Origin: an uncultured Planctomycetaceae bacterium | GTDB taxonomy: Bacteria > Planctomycetota > Planctomycetia > Isosphaerales > Isosphaeraceae | NCBI GenBank assembly: GCA_963833985.1 | Contig: CAWIAD010000002.1 | Location: forward strand, 5,696,001-5,760,000 | Reading direction: 5' to 3' | Length of the DNA: 64,000 bases | Part shown: positions 21,690 through 31,916 of the stretch, one piece after another | Position numbering within the stretch: the stretch's first letter is position 1 | How the letters are laid out: each line of letters starts with the position of its first letter | The notes under the pieces: model-generated | Databases searched by the model: none | Told to the model about the DNA's origin: nothing | The model's input: only the letters and a program-made list of their open reading frames with translations | Program-made: the position numbers and the translations under genes

Positions 21690-22105
21690 CTGCCGTCCCC
21701 CTGGTCGGAGGCCATATTCCAGGCCTGGCAGCCTGCGGTCCCGGCGCTCCAGGCGTCGGCGCCGTAAGGGCGGCTCTGCGCACCCAACTTCGAGTTCTCC
21801 CGCTCCCGCTCCCGCTTCGTGCTTCCCGAGCTCTTCTTGACCACGCTTGTCATGGTGTTGCGGTTGCGGTCGTCGGGGCCGAACCTCCACACGTCGCCCC
21901 TCGAGAGTTGGAGTTCGCCGATCGTGTTGCCCTCTTTATCATAAGCGAACGAGTAGCCGCCGCCGGAACTCGAGTCGTTGTCGGCGTTGTCGCTTCTCGT
22001 GATCAATGAATGAAGAGCCGCGAGCGGACGAGTCACAGAGACCAGATCAGGAGATGCGTCATCGGGACAAGCGCTGAGGGTAAATCCGGCGTCGGCGTTG
22101 GTCAA
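21690..22105 (-). pseudogene. Degenerate RHS/YD-repeat fragment
   Basis: YSFAYDKEGNTIGELQLSRGDVWRFGPDDRNRNTMTSVVKK resembles YD repeats. Confidence 0.55.
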
Positions 22106-22189
22106 GTGAATCCTCTGGCACGGTACGCTTTTCTGATCATCGCCGACCCAGCAGAGCTCGGTAGTCCATCTGTCTGGCGGTCATTGGCT

Positions 22190-22303
22190 CGGTGCGTCGG
22201 CGCTGCGCTGGGCACACTCTGCAATGATCGGACGGAACCGGGCCCTGCGGCGGATGCCGGGGCCGAGAATCGGTGCGTCGACGCTGCGCTCGACACACCC
22301 TAC
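22190..22303. repeat. Two GTAG-type REP-like hairpins
   Basis: CGGTGCGTCGACGCTGCGCTCGACACACCCTAC (22271-22303) and degenerate copy at 22190-22222. Confidence 0.7.
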
Positions 22304-22586
22304 GGGCAATACGATTGTCCCGGCCGCGGGCGCGCCCACGATCGCATCAAGGACCAGGCGTATCCCCATTTTTCGGGACGTAGCCCACCTCGCGCTGCGT
22401 GCAAGCGAATGCCAGCGCAGACGAAGACTCACAGGCGGAGGTAACAAACGTGTCACATCAGAACGTGCGTTGCCCGAACGCACGACGGTCTTAATTCCGC
22501 GAAAAAGAAGGCCAAGAAAGTTTCTGATGATGCCAGTGATTTTCTTGAAAGGTACCAGACCCTGCGCGGTCGCGGTGGTGCAGCCG

Positions 22587-22728
22587 GAGCGGTTTTCACT
22601 CGGATCGCAGACTGAGACCGGGGGGCAGGCATTCCTGCCTGCCGGAGCAGGCCTGCCCTGGCAGACAGGAATGTCTGCCTCCCTTTCCAAGAATCAGTAG
22701 CTGCCTGCAACCGTCAGAAAACCGCCCT
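22587..22728. mobile_element. MITE-like element copy with an internal REP doublet
   Basis: Ends GAGCGGTTTTCACTCGGATCGCAGACTG ... CCGTCAGAAAACCGCCCT shared with 29263-29342; internal inverted GGCAGGCATTCCTGCCTGCC / GGCAGACAGGAATGTCTGCC. Confidence 0.75.
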
Positions 22729-22900
22729 TACCTCTTTCGGATCAATCGCTTTCATGTCACCTGATTCGTTCGGAGAACAGCTGAAAAAACTTATCGAACT
22801 GACCGGCCACGCTCGCCTGTGAAGTTTCTGACCCTGCTAGGATCGGGGAACGACACGACCGAGGAGATAGGCTGACGCTTCGGCGTGGGCCGAGGCCTGT

Positions 22901-23065
22901 TCCCCATTTCTTTGAGGACTTCCGGCCGTTCTCCTCCAGCAGCCTGGCGGCGTTGAGGCCGCTGCCCTGGAAGGTGCGGCTGCCGAAATCGTGGACGAAC
23001 CGGTCCTGTGCCACGGCCAGCGAGAACCCCGCGCGGCGGGCACGCTCGCACGGGTCACAATGATC
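22901..23065 (-). pseudogene. Glycosyltransferase family 2 C-terminal fragment
   Basis: Translates RARRAGFSLAVAQDRFVHDFGSRTF..LLEENGRKSSKKWG, a decayed GT2-like C-terminus. Confidence 0.55.
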
Positions 23066-23090
23066 GATGCGCTGGCCGCCATGAAACCCT

Positions 23091-23320
23091 CTACGGCCTA
23101 CGGCCTACTCTTGACAGGCAAGAATGCCTGTCCTCCTTCCGCATCACTGCCTACTGCACACTGCTTACTGCCGCCCTGGTGGGTCTCGCCTGCGGCTCGA
23201 CCCACCCTACAAACTCCTTCCGCATCACTGCCTACTGCACACGGCTTACTGCCCCCCTGGTGGGCCTCGCCTGCGGCTCGACCCACCCTACAAACTGCCT
23301 ACTGCCTACTGCCTACTGCC
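23091..23320. repeat. Composite repeat: 33-bp REP, 81-bp tandem duplication with GTAG-type REPs, CTGCCTA heptamers
   Basis: 33-mer at 23103-23135; units start 23133 and 23214; GGTGGG(T/C)CTCGCCTGCGGCTCGACCCACCCTAC at 23178-23210 and 23259-23291. Confidence 0.9.
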
Positions 23321-25948
23321 TTCCATGAGAAACGCCACCAGATCGCGGAACTCCTGCGCAGTCAGGCTCTCGGCGACGTTGTCGGGCATGATGGAAACGT
23401 TCTGCGGCTTGCGTTCCTCGATGTCGGCGCGGGGCAGTTCAATCACACGGCCGTCGGCGTCGGCGAAGGAGAGCTTGCCCTCGGGCGACTCGCCGACCAG
23501 AACGCCGTTGAAAACCGTCCCATCGGTGCGGGCCACCGACCAGGCCACGAACTGGGGAGCGATCTCCAGGCTAGGCTGGAGGATGGACTGCACCAGCCTG
23601 CGGCGGTCCATGCCCTTGGCCAGGCGGGTCAGGTCGGGCCCCACGCGCCCGCCACGGCCACCGACCTCGTGGCAGCGGTAGCAGCCAGGCCCCTTCGAAT
23701 GAAAGAAGACCCGCTCGCCGGCGTTTGCGTCGGCGGGTCCTTCCAGGCGCGCCAGCCAGGCATCGAGCTCCGTCCTGGCGGGGACGCTGGGGCCGGCGGC
23801 GGGCGAGGGCGAGGGCGAGGCGGCCGTCTTCGTGGGATGGATGCTCAGCATCTGCGCCTTCAGGAGTGCCTGGGACTCCTCATCACCGCGGCAGGACCGG
23901 GCAACGGCCGCACGCTCGGAGTCGCCCAGCGCCACACCGCGGAGAGCGCGCAGCGCCTCGTGCCGCAACCCCGGCTGACCGGAGGACGCCAGGGCCAGCA
24001 GCCGCGCGCGGTGAGTCGGCGCATCATCGGCCAGGCCCGCCACGGCCCAGGCGCGCAGGTTGGCCGGCGCGCTGGGATCGTCCGCGACAGTGCCAAGCAG
24101 ATCGAACCGCTCGCGCAGCGCGCTGGCGCTCAGGGTGCGCACGGCCTCGAGCCGGATCGCCTCGTCGCCGGACGCAAGGAACTGCCGGATCCGCCGGGCA
24201 TTCAGGACGGGATGATCGGGACGGATCAACCGCAGCCCGCGGCGGATCGCAGTGCCGGGAGTTCTGGGATCCTGAAGCAGACCGGCGATATAATCGTCGC
24301 CCGAGGACTCGTCGAGCGGCAAGTGCCTGCGGTCGTCGAGCATCTCCAGGGCCGCGAGGGTGCCCTCGAAGGTCTCGCGCGTCGTGTCCCTGGCCGAAAG
24401 ACTGGCAAGCAGTTGCGGACGGAGGTCCTTGAGGCGATGCTCGCCGATCCACTGGATGGCGGCGAAGCGGATCGATGGCTCGGGGTCCTCCAGCAGCTTC
24501 GGCACCAGCGCGGTGGCCTCGGGCCGGCCCGACTCCCTGAGGATGATCACCGCGCCCAGGCGGTGAGACGCAACCGGATCAGCGGCCAGCTCCAGGAGCC
24601 CCGCGAACGGGAGCGACCGCTTCAGTCCCTCGCGAGCGGCCTGCTGGAGGAACGGATCGTCGCTCTCCAGCGCCTTGATCAGCTCGGCCTTCTTCTCCGG
24701 ATCGGAGGTATGCCGCAGGGTACCGGCGGCAGCCAGAGCCGCCGGATTTCCTGTTCCGTCATGCACCTCTGGTGCACTGGTGCCCGTCTTGCCGCGACGG
24801 CTCAGCCGCCAGATACGACCCTTGCCGTGCAGCTCGTAGGACTTATCCACCCAGTCACTGAAGTAGAGAGTGCCATCGGGTGCGAGGGCAATGCCGACGG
24901 GCCGAAAATCCTCTCCGCCCACGACAGCCGGCTCCATCACCGCGCGAAACGAGGCTCCGCGCGGTTCCAGACGGTAGCGTTCAATCCGGTGGTCTCCCCA
25001 CGATGTGACCAGCAACTGACCCCGATAATCGCCAGGGAGGTTATTCGCCTCGTACGCGAGCACGCCGCAGGGCGCCTCGCCGGTGCCGGCCACCATGGGC
25101 AAGGTGCCGGGCAGCTCGCCGTTCCAGGCCGTGAACGGGTGCACGCCCTTGCGGCCGTTGCGGAAGCGGTAGCCGTAATCGCCCCCTTCCACGATGTGCA
25201 AGAGCCGGCAGGGAGGGCGCGAGTCCGGGTCGTTGTCCACGACGAACAGGTTGCCGTAGCGGTCGAAGGCCTGGCCGAAGGGGTTCCAGAAGCCGGTGGC
25301 GATGCGCTCCAGCTTCGAGCCGTCGAGCCGGCAGCGATAGACGTTGCCTCCCTCGCCGCCGCCAGAGAGCGTGGTACCATCGCTGCCGGTGAGCCGGTAC
25401 GTCGCGCCGAGGTTTTCGCCGAGCCCGAAATAGACATTCCCGGACCCATCGAACGCAAAGCCGGAGAGCCCGTTGTGCGGGTAATCGCCCGCAGTCTCGA
25501 GCCGGACAAACGGGGTCGGCATGCGTGCGGCCGACACGTCATCGGCCCGGCCGTCGCCGTTGCGATCAGTCAGCTTGTAGAGCGCCGCGCGGGTTGCGAC
25601 GAAGAGCGTGCCGTCCTGCGCGAAGGCCAGGCTCATCGTCATGCGCGTTCCTTCAAAAAACAGGCTCTCGCGTTCATAGCGGCCGTCACCGTCCGCGTCC
25701 TCGAAGATCTTGATGCGGTCGGCGGGCGGCCCCGCATAATTCTTTGGCCGGAAGTGCGTGTGGCTCTCGATGACAAAGAGCCGGCCCCGCCCATCGACCG
25801 CCAGGCCCGTGGGCGTGACGATCCGCGGCTCCTTCGCGACCAACTCGAACACCAGGCGGTCATCCACGGGTCGAGGAGCGGACGCGACGGTCGGATTGCC
25901 CCCGGCCTGGGCCAGCAGGGCGACCATCCAGACGGCGGGACCAAGCAT
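23306..25948 (-). CDS. PVC-type heme-binding CxxCH protein (beta-propeller, HEAT repeats, cytochrome c)
   Basis: Signal peptide, ATGFWNPFG, DFRPVGIALAPDG, CYRCH..GPDLT, SIMP. Confidence 0.9.
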   Translation of the reverse strand: MLGPAVWMVALLAQAGGNPTVASAPRPVDDRLVFELVAKEPRIVTPTGLAVDGRGRLFVIESHTHFRPKNYAGPPADRIKIFEDADGDGRYERESLFFEGTRMTMSLAFAQDGTLFVATRAALYKLTDRNGDGRADDVSAARMPTPFVRLETAGDYPHNGLSGFAFDGSGNVYFGLGENLGATYRLTGSDGTTLSGGGEGGNVYRCRLDGSKLERIATGFWNPFGQAFDRYGNLFVVDNDPDSRPPCRLLHIVEGGDYGYRFRNGRKGVHPFTAWNGELPGTLPMVAGTGEAPCGVLAYEANNLPGDYRGQLLVTSWGDHRIERYRLEPRGASFRAVMEPAVVGGEDFRPVGIALAPDGTLYFSDWVDKSYELHGKGRIWRLSRRGKTGTSAPEVHDGTGNPAALAAAGTLRHTSDPEKKAELIKALESDDPFLQQAAREGLKRSLPFAGLLELAADPVASHRLGAVIILRESGRPEATALVPKLLEDPEPSIRFAAIQWIGEHRLKDLRPQLLASLSARDTTRETFEGTLAALEMLDDRRHLPLDESSGDDYIAGLLQDPRTPGTAIRRGLRLIRPDHPVLNARRIRQFLASGDEAIRLEAVRTLSASALRERFDLLGTVADDPSAPANLRAWAVAGLADDAPTHRARLLALASSGQPGLRHEALRALRGVALGDSERAAVARSCRGDEESQALLKAQMLSIHPTKTAASPSPSPAAGPSVPARTELDAWLARLEGPADANAGERVFFHSKGPGCYRCHEVGGRGGRVGPDLTRLAKGMDRRRLVQSILQPSLEIAPQFVAWSVARTDGTVFNGVLVGESPEGKLSFADADGRVIELPRADIEERKPQNVSIMPDNVAESLTAQEFRDLVAFLMEGSRQ

Positions 25949-26312
25949 GCTGCGGCTCCGAGATCATCTCACGAAGACATAGGTTGATGAGCCGGCCTGA
26001 CTTCCAGATCCGGCATGATTCTCGGAGTATATCGGCTCTGGATCGGACCTGCCAGGCAAGCCATCAGGGCCGGCACCTCATCGCACCAGCCATCGGCCGC
26101 CCGGTTCCTTAGCATCAACATAGTTGTCTTTCTGAAAAGATCAGCCCCAGCCAGATCAGACTGATCAACGCCGACAGGCCTCCGAAATGAGCCCAGGGGA
26201 ACCTTGGTGAAATTTTTCAAGAAGTTTTTCTTCCCGCGATGGGCACACCGATCTACAATAGCAAGTGCCGCAACCCTAGGTCCGCACGGGAGATGACGAC
26301 AGGAAGGCGAGG

Positions 26313-26909
26313 TTGACCGTGGCCGTACAGATCAAGGAACCAAAGTCACCGAAGCAGCAGAATCGGCCTGCGAAGCCGGCAAAACACGCTCCCGCCGCCA
26401 AGGCGTCGCCTGCGACGCTTGCAGGTGCCCTGCCATCTCCTACGAAACCAGCGGCCCCGAAGTCTGTTCGTTTCGGGGTTTCACCGAGGGAGCGTAAGCC
26501 ACAGAGCGCCAGAGTGGTCAAGCCCTCTCGGCTTGAGGGCAAAACTAGGAGGCATACGAAAGCAGTGGCTGCGAATATTCTCGAGGGCCCCACCGTGGTC
26601 GCCACGATCCGATCCAAGCTCGGATTGACTCAAGAGCTTTTCGCGCGGCTGCTCGGGGTGACACCGCGCTCGGTATCAAGCTGGGAAGGGGGTAGCGAGA
26701 TCAATGATACTTCGCTACGGAGGATTAAGGAGATGGATCGTCTAGCGGAGGAGCTCGGAAAATCGATGAGGCCCGATTTCATCCCCGTTTGGCTCGTATC
26801 GCCCAACGAAGGGCTAGGCGGCATTAGCCCCATGGAAGCGATGGAACGTGGAGAGAGTGACCGCGTTTGGAGATCGGTTTTTCTCCTCGGATCCGGCATC
26901 CCGCTCTAA
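26313..26909 (+). CDS. XRE-HTH antitoxin with Xre/MbcA/ParS-like C-terminal domain
   Basis: IRSKLGLTQELFARLLGVTPRSVSSWE; WLVSPNEGLGGISPMEAM; true start may be further downstream. Confidence 0.75.
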   Translation: MTVAVQIKEPKSPKQQNRPAKPAKHAPAAKASPATLAGALPSPTKPAAPKSVRFGVSPRERKPQSARVVKPSRLEGKTRRHTKAVAANILEGPTVVATIRSKLGLTQELFARLLGVTPRSVSSWEGGSEINDTSLRRIKEMDRLAEELGKSMRPDFIPVWLVSPNEGLGGISPMEAMERGESDRVWRSVFLLGSGIPL

Positions 26910-27161
26910 GCATCTGGCCGTAGTTTGCCTGCTGTCGAGCAAGGCCGTATCATGAAGTATGATTCTTATCGTCCTTCGCCAGGAATTACGGCCCCGTGGC
27001 CGCGACTCCCTGGAGAGGGTTCTGCTCGATTCGGTGGCTTGTACGCCAACATGCATTGCCGTCCACCATCTTCGACACGGCTACGCAAGCCCGCCAAGCC
27101 GGGTATCTGCCCGCGAAGCATGACCATAACAGGAGCTGATCTGGTGCGGGAGGTGGACCCG

Positions 27162-27407
27162 ATGATCGTGGTTGAAGTATACGACCTGGATGCCACCGCC
27201 GACGAGGGCGCCGCTGTGCGTGCTCTGCAGGAAGCCAAGGGCCTGGAAGACCATCACGCGAAGCAGCATTTCGGCCTGCTCTACTGGCACAAGCGGCCGT
27301 TTTCGATCGAGTTTGACTCGGCAGAGGCGGCGGCCCAATTTGTTGAGCGGCTCCGAACCTGCGGATACCACGCTCGACCGGTTTCTCACGGCCAAGACTC
27401 CTCCTGA
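27162..27407 (+). CDS. Small hypothetical protein (81 aa)
   Basis: Strong RBS GGGAGGTGG before ATG at 27162; globular composition. Confidence 0.6.
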   Translation: MIVVEVYDLDATADEGAAVRALQEAKGLEDHHAKQHFGLLYWHKRPFSIEFDSAEAAAQFVERLRTCGYHARPVSHGQDSS

Positions 27408-27880
27408 CTGTTCGACGCCATCGTTGGCTATTTCTGCTCTAACACGCTTGAGGGGACAACTGCACTTCTCCCCCGGGCATGGTCTCAGATCAAAAAGTGG
27501 AAAGAAACCGCGGCGAGTCGCTTAGACGTCAGAGAGTCCGATCGCCGAATCGCTACGGGGTGCTACGGTAAGTCCTCCATGGAACCGTGCACTCCGCGCC
27601 AATTTGCAAGACTCTGATGGGATTCACCCACCCTTCATCCTCCGCGACCGGGTGCCACATCTTTGGCTTACTGGAGTCATCGACGACCAGCTCGCCCCAG
27701 TGAGGCGTTCGACGGCGTTGTCGTCCAGAATGAAGTGAGACGGGCAACCCGAGCAGGTCGTTCCGTCGCTCCAGGGGCTGTGCTAAGCTGATGTAAAGAA
27801 CCGTTCCGGCGGCACTGTTCCGGATGAGCGCCGGGCATCACCAGATCAACTTTGGCGATCTGACCGAGAGGAAGCATCTC

Positions 27881-29209
27881 ATGCAAGTGGGTCGTGGCAG
27901 CCTGTCTCGCCGTGGGTTCATTGACCGGTCCGTGGCCACCCTCACGCTCGGCGTCGGGCTGCCACTCTGGTACGCCCGGGAGATCGTCGCGGGCCAGGAA
28001 GAGAAGCAAGCGTCGGTACGCAAGGCAAGCCGGCGCGGCCCGAACGACCAGATCGTCATGGCGGCCATCGGCGTCGGCGGGCAGGGCACCGGTATCATGA
28101 AATGGGCCAAGGGCAAGCCGGGCGTCAAGTTCGTGGCCGTGTGCGACGTCGACTCGGAACGCCGCCAGAAAGCGGCCGACGTGATCGGCAAGGACTGCCA
28201 CCAGTACGCCGATTTCCGACAGCTGCTTGACGGTGAGAAGATCGACGCGGTGACGATCGGCACGGTCGATCACTGGCACGCCCTCACCTCCATTGCGGCC
28301 ATGAAGCACGGCTGCGACGTCTACTGCGAGAAGCCGCTGTCGCTCACCGTCGAAGAGGGTAAGGCCATGGTCAAGGCCGCGCGGAAGTACGACCGCGTCT
28401 TCCAGACCGGCAGCATGCAGCGCTCCGATGCCCGCTACCGCCTGGCCTGCGAGCTGGTCCGCAACGGCCGGATCGGCAAGGTGCACACCGTCGAGGCGCG
28501 GATCGGCGACAACCCCGTGGGCGGTCCGTTTCGCGAGAGCCCCGCTCCCAAGGAGCTGGACTGGAACTTCTGGAAAGGCCCCACCGCCGACGTGCCCTAT
28601 GTCAAGGAAAGATGCCATTATGAGTTCCGCTGGTGGTACGAGTATTCCGGCGGCAAGATGACGGACTGGGGCGCGCACCACAACGACATCGCCCAGTGGG
28701 GCCTGGGCATGGACCATTCCGGTCCGATCTCGGTGACCGCAACGGGCGTTAGCCCCTCGCACCGACCCAACTCGTACAACTGCCATCCGCACTTCGCGGT
28801 GACCTACGAGTACGAGAACGGCGTGCGGCTGGTGACCACCAGCGACGGTGAGAACGGCAACCGCTTCATCGGCGACAAGGGCTGGATCTTCGTCAATCGC
28901 GAGCGGATCGAAGCCAGCGACCCCAAGCTGATCGACGAGCCCCTGTCCGGCAACGCCCACCGGCTCTATGCATCGAACGATCACATGGGCAACTTCTTTG
29001 ACTGCATCCAGAGCCGCAAGAAGTGTATCTGCGACGTCGAGGTCGGCTACCGCTCGGTCACCGTCTGCCACATCGGCGCAATCGCACTGCGTCTGGGCAT
29101 CCCGCTCTACTGGAACCCGCGCGCCGAGCACTTCGTGGGCCCCCGGGCCGACAAGGGCAACGCCATGCTCTCTCGCGAGATGCGCTCGCCGTGGAAGCTG
29201 GAGGTCTGA
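27881..29209 (+). CDS. Gfo/Idh/MocA oxidoreductase with Tat signal
   Basis: SRRGF, IGVGGQG, DHWH, YCEKP, DWGAHHND. Confidence 0.92.
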   Translation: MQVGRGSLSRRGFIDRSVATLTLGVGLPLWYAREIVAGQEEKQASVRKASRRGPNDQIVMAAIGVGGQGTGIMKWAKGKPGVKFVAVCDVDSERRQKAADVIGKDCHQYADFRQLLDGEKIDAVTIGTVDHWHALTSIAAMKHGCDVYCEKPLSLTVEEGKAMVKAARKYDRVFQTGSMQRSDARYRLACELVRNGRIGKVHTVEARIGDNPVGGPFRESPAPKELDWNFWKGPTADVPYVKERCHYEFRWWYEYSGGKMTDWGAHHNDIAQWGLGMDHSGPISVTATGVSPSHRPNSYNCHPHFAVTYEYENGVRLVTTSDGENGNRFIGDKGWIFVNRERIEASDPKLIDEPLSGNAHRLYASNDHMGNFFDCIQSRKKCICDVEVGYRSVTVCHIGAIALRLGIPLYWNPRAEHFVGPRADKGNAMLSREMRSPWKLEV

Positions 29210-29262
29210 TCCGCGCCCGCGACTCGTCGAATTCGATCCGGCAGCGTCCCTGACACGAGAGC

Positions 29263-29342
29263 TAGAGCGGTTTTCACTCGGATCGCAGACTGCCCCCTTT
29301 TCAAAACTCAGAAACTGCCTGCACCGTCAGAAAACCGCCCTA
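29263..29342. mobile_element. 80-bp MITE-like element
   Basis: Terminal inverted repeats TAGAGCGGTTTTC / GAAAACCGCCCTA; second copy at 22587-22728. Confidence 0.75.
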
Positions 29343-30742
29343 ATCACCCTCGGTGTCAGGGCTGCCGTGCCGGATTGCATCAGTCTCGACCGTACTCGCG
29401 GGATCAACCAGGCTCCAGAGCGCCATGCCGACCAGCGCAACGACCACGAAAATGTAAATACCAGGGTCCCAACGTGCCCGGCCCGTGTAACCCCAACCCT
29501 TCATCATCTCGACGTAGTGGCCGAAAAGGGTTTGCAAGACAGCGGCTCCCAGGTTGCCGATCATGTTCATCAGCCCCATGATCGCTCCCACGTGCTTGCC
29601 GCTGATCTGGGTACCGCATGCCCACCAGGCCGGCAACTGAAGCTGCAATCCAAAGCAGGCAAGGGCGACGAGAATGGCGGACAGCACCGTGTCGCCCGCG
29701 AAAACGCTGGCCAGCAGGCCGAAGGCGGCCAGTCCCGCGCCCAGAACGCTTTGCGCCGTGCGGCTCCAGCGCGGGTTTCCCGTTCTTCGCAGCAAGAAAT
29801 CGGTCAGCCACCCGCCGGCAAAGCAGCCCATCGCCCCCGCGCCCAGAACCATGCCCGCCAGCCAGCTTGACAGGTCAGGGCTTGCGCCCCGGGCCTCTTG
29901 CAAGTAGGTCGGGTACCAGTACGTCATCAGCATGTAAACGCCTGCCATCGCGATCATGGTTGCGCTCAAGAGCCAGACATTCTTGTTGCGGAACACGCTC
30001 GCCCAGGGAATCGGCCCGTGCGCCAGTGAACCGGCGGTGCCCGACCTTCGTGTCAGGTCGCCGTCAGCCGTGATCAGCGAGCGCTCGGCCAGGTTGGTTC
30101 CCGCGTGCTCGGCCGGGTCGTCCCGGAACCAGAGGTAAAACGAAACCGCCCAGGCCAGACCCGCAAGACCGAAGATCGCGAACGTCCAGCGCCAGCCAAA
30201 CACATTGATCAACTTTTGCGCGGCGAGTGGCGACACCGCTCCGCCGATCATCATGGCGGTCGTGATGACGCCCTGCGCCCGGCCCCGGCTCGACTCGGGG
30301 AACCACTCCCTCAGCACGCGCGCGGCATTCGGCAAGCGCCCGCCTCGCCGGCCCCGAACAGGAAACGGACGACCAAGAGCATCGACAGGCCGGTTGCCGC
30401 CCCCGTCAGGGCCGTGAAGCACGACCACCAGACCACGACTCGCGCGAGCACGCCACGCGAGCCGTAGCGGTCGCCCCACCGTCCCGTGGGGATCTCGAAT
30501 ACGGTGTAGGAGATGATGAACGCGTTGAACACCCAGCTCATCCATGCCTCGGATATGCCCAGGTCGCGCTTGATGGCCGTGGCCGACTGGCCGATGCACA
30601 CCCGGTCGAGGTAGAGCACGAAGGTCATTGCGGCCAGGAAGGCGAGCACGCCGTGGCGCACATTCGTGGGCGGCTGAGTCCGTTCTGCCTGCTCGGCAGG
30701 CGCATCGATATCCCGGATCACCTCGGTCGGCAGCTCACTCAT
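29340..30742 (-). pseudogene. MFS transporter (anion:cation symporter-like), frameshifted near 30335
   Basis: YLDRVCI, GRWGDRYGSR, RFLFGAGEAG, then LPNAARVLREWFP in another frame. Confidence 0.85.
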
Positions 30743-31779
30743 TTCGATCCTCGCGCCGCCAGTTCGGCCCGCGCCCGAGCCATCACGGTCTCGATCGTTA
30801 CCGGCTTGCCGCCCTGGCGTTTGCTCTCATCGGCCGCTTCCATGAACGCGAAGATCTCGATGGTCTCCGCGGTCGAGACCGGCGGCTTGCCGGTGCGGAA
30901 GAACTTGCAGATCTCGACGACCAGCGGCTCGTAGCCGGCATAGCCCCCGCTGGGAGCAATTCCCTTTGAGCCAAAGACCGTCGCGCCGTAGTCGGAAGCC
31001 CCCTGCCGCAGGCCGCGGAACGTGCCGATCCGGCCACCTTTCCAGACGCCCGCGGCGAGGTCGGTCCCCTCCGTCTGAACGCGCGTCACCGACTGGCAGC
31101 CCGTCCCCATGATCGTGAACAGCGACTCCACACCGTGCACACCGTACCAGAAGAGGTCGGGATGATGCTCTTCCAGATGGCACGGGCCATAAGCATCGCA
31201 GCCGATCACTTCGCCCACCTTGGAGTTGATCCTCATCCCGGCGATCCCCGGGCTGAACCGCAGCGACGAGCTCGAGAAGCAGGGCGTGCCGGTTTCTCGG
31301 GCCAGGTCGTAAATGGCAATCGCGTCGGCCAGCGAGCCCGCGACGGGCTTGTCGATGAAGATCGGCTTGCGCGCCTTGAAAACGGGGCGGGCCTGCTCCC
31401 GGTGAGGCCGGCCGTCCACGCTTTCCAGCAAGACGACGTCGACCTTCTTGAGCAGCTCGTCGATCGAGGCCACGATCTCGACCCCGTACTTCTCGCGCAG
31501 CTCTTTGGTATAGCCCTCCACGCGGTCGCGGCTGGAAGGGATGTCCGGACTGCCTCCGGGATAGCCGGCCACGATGCGTATTCCGGCCAGCTCGGCCCGG
31601 GGATGCGGGTCATTGAGAAGCTGCGTGAACGCGGTCACGTGCGAGGTATCCAGGCCGATGATGCCCGCCCGCAAGGGCCTGGCCGCGGGCTCGTCCGCGC
31701 TCGCCGTCGCGCAGCAGAGAGACAGGCCCGACATCGCGAACCCGAGCAGCAATCCGAGGAACAGCAGGCGATACAGCAC
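30739..31779 (-). CDS. Secreted Gfo/Idh/MocA oxidoreductase
   Basis: Signal peptide, GIIGLDTSH, FIDKP, FSSSSLRF, WYGVHGVE. Confidence 0.9.
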   Translation of the reverse strand: MLYRLLFLGLLLGFAMSGLSLCCATASADEPAARPLRAGIIGLDTSHVTAFTQLLNDPHPRAELAGIRIVAGYPGGSPDIPSSRDRVEGYTKELREKYGVEIVASIDELLKKVDVVLLESVDGRPHREQARPVFKARKPIFIDKPVAGSLADAIAIYDLARETGTPCFSSSSLRFSPGIAGMRINSKVGEVIGCDAYGPCHLEEHHPDLFWYGVHGVESLFTIMGTGCQSVTRVQTEGTDLAAGVWKGGRIGTFRGLRQGASDYGATVFGSKGIAPSGGYAGYEPLVVEICKFFRTGKPPVSTAETIEIFAFMEAADESKRQGGKPVTIETVMARARAELAARGSK

Positions 31780-31916
31780 GTGAGGATCTCCCGAGTCAGA
31801 GGTCGACCCGCGCCGGCATGCGGCCCGGCGCATGACCGAACATCATCGGCGGCAGGGCCGGGCAATGCAACGCCCGCGCGAGCCATTTCTCGATGGCTCG
31901 GTGCGGGACTCGGGGA

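Noticed and set aside
22991..25987. 998-aa plus-strand ORF and similar long antisense ORFs
   Set aside because: Shadow ORFs of real high-GC genes, with no motifs of their own.
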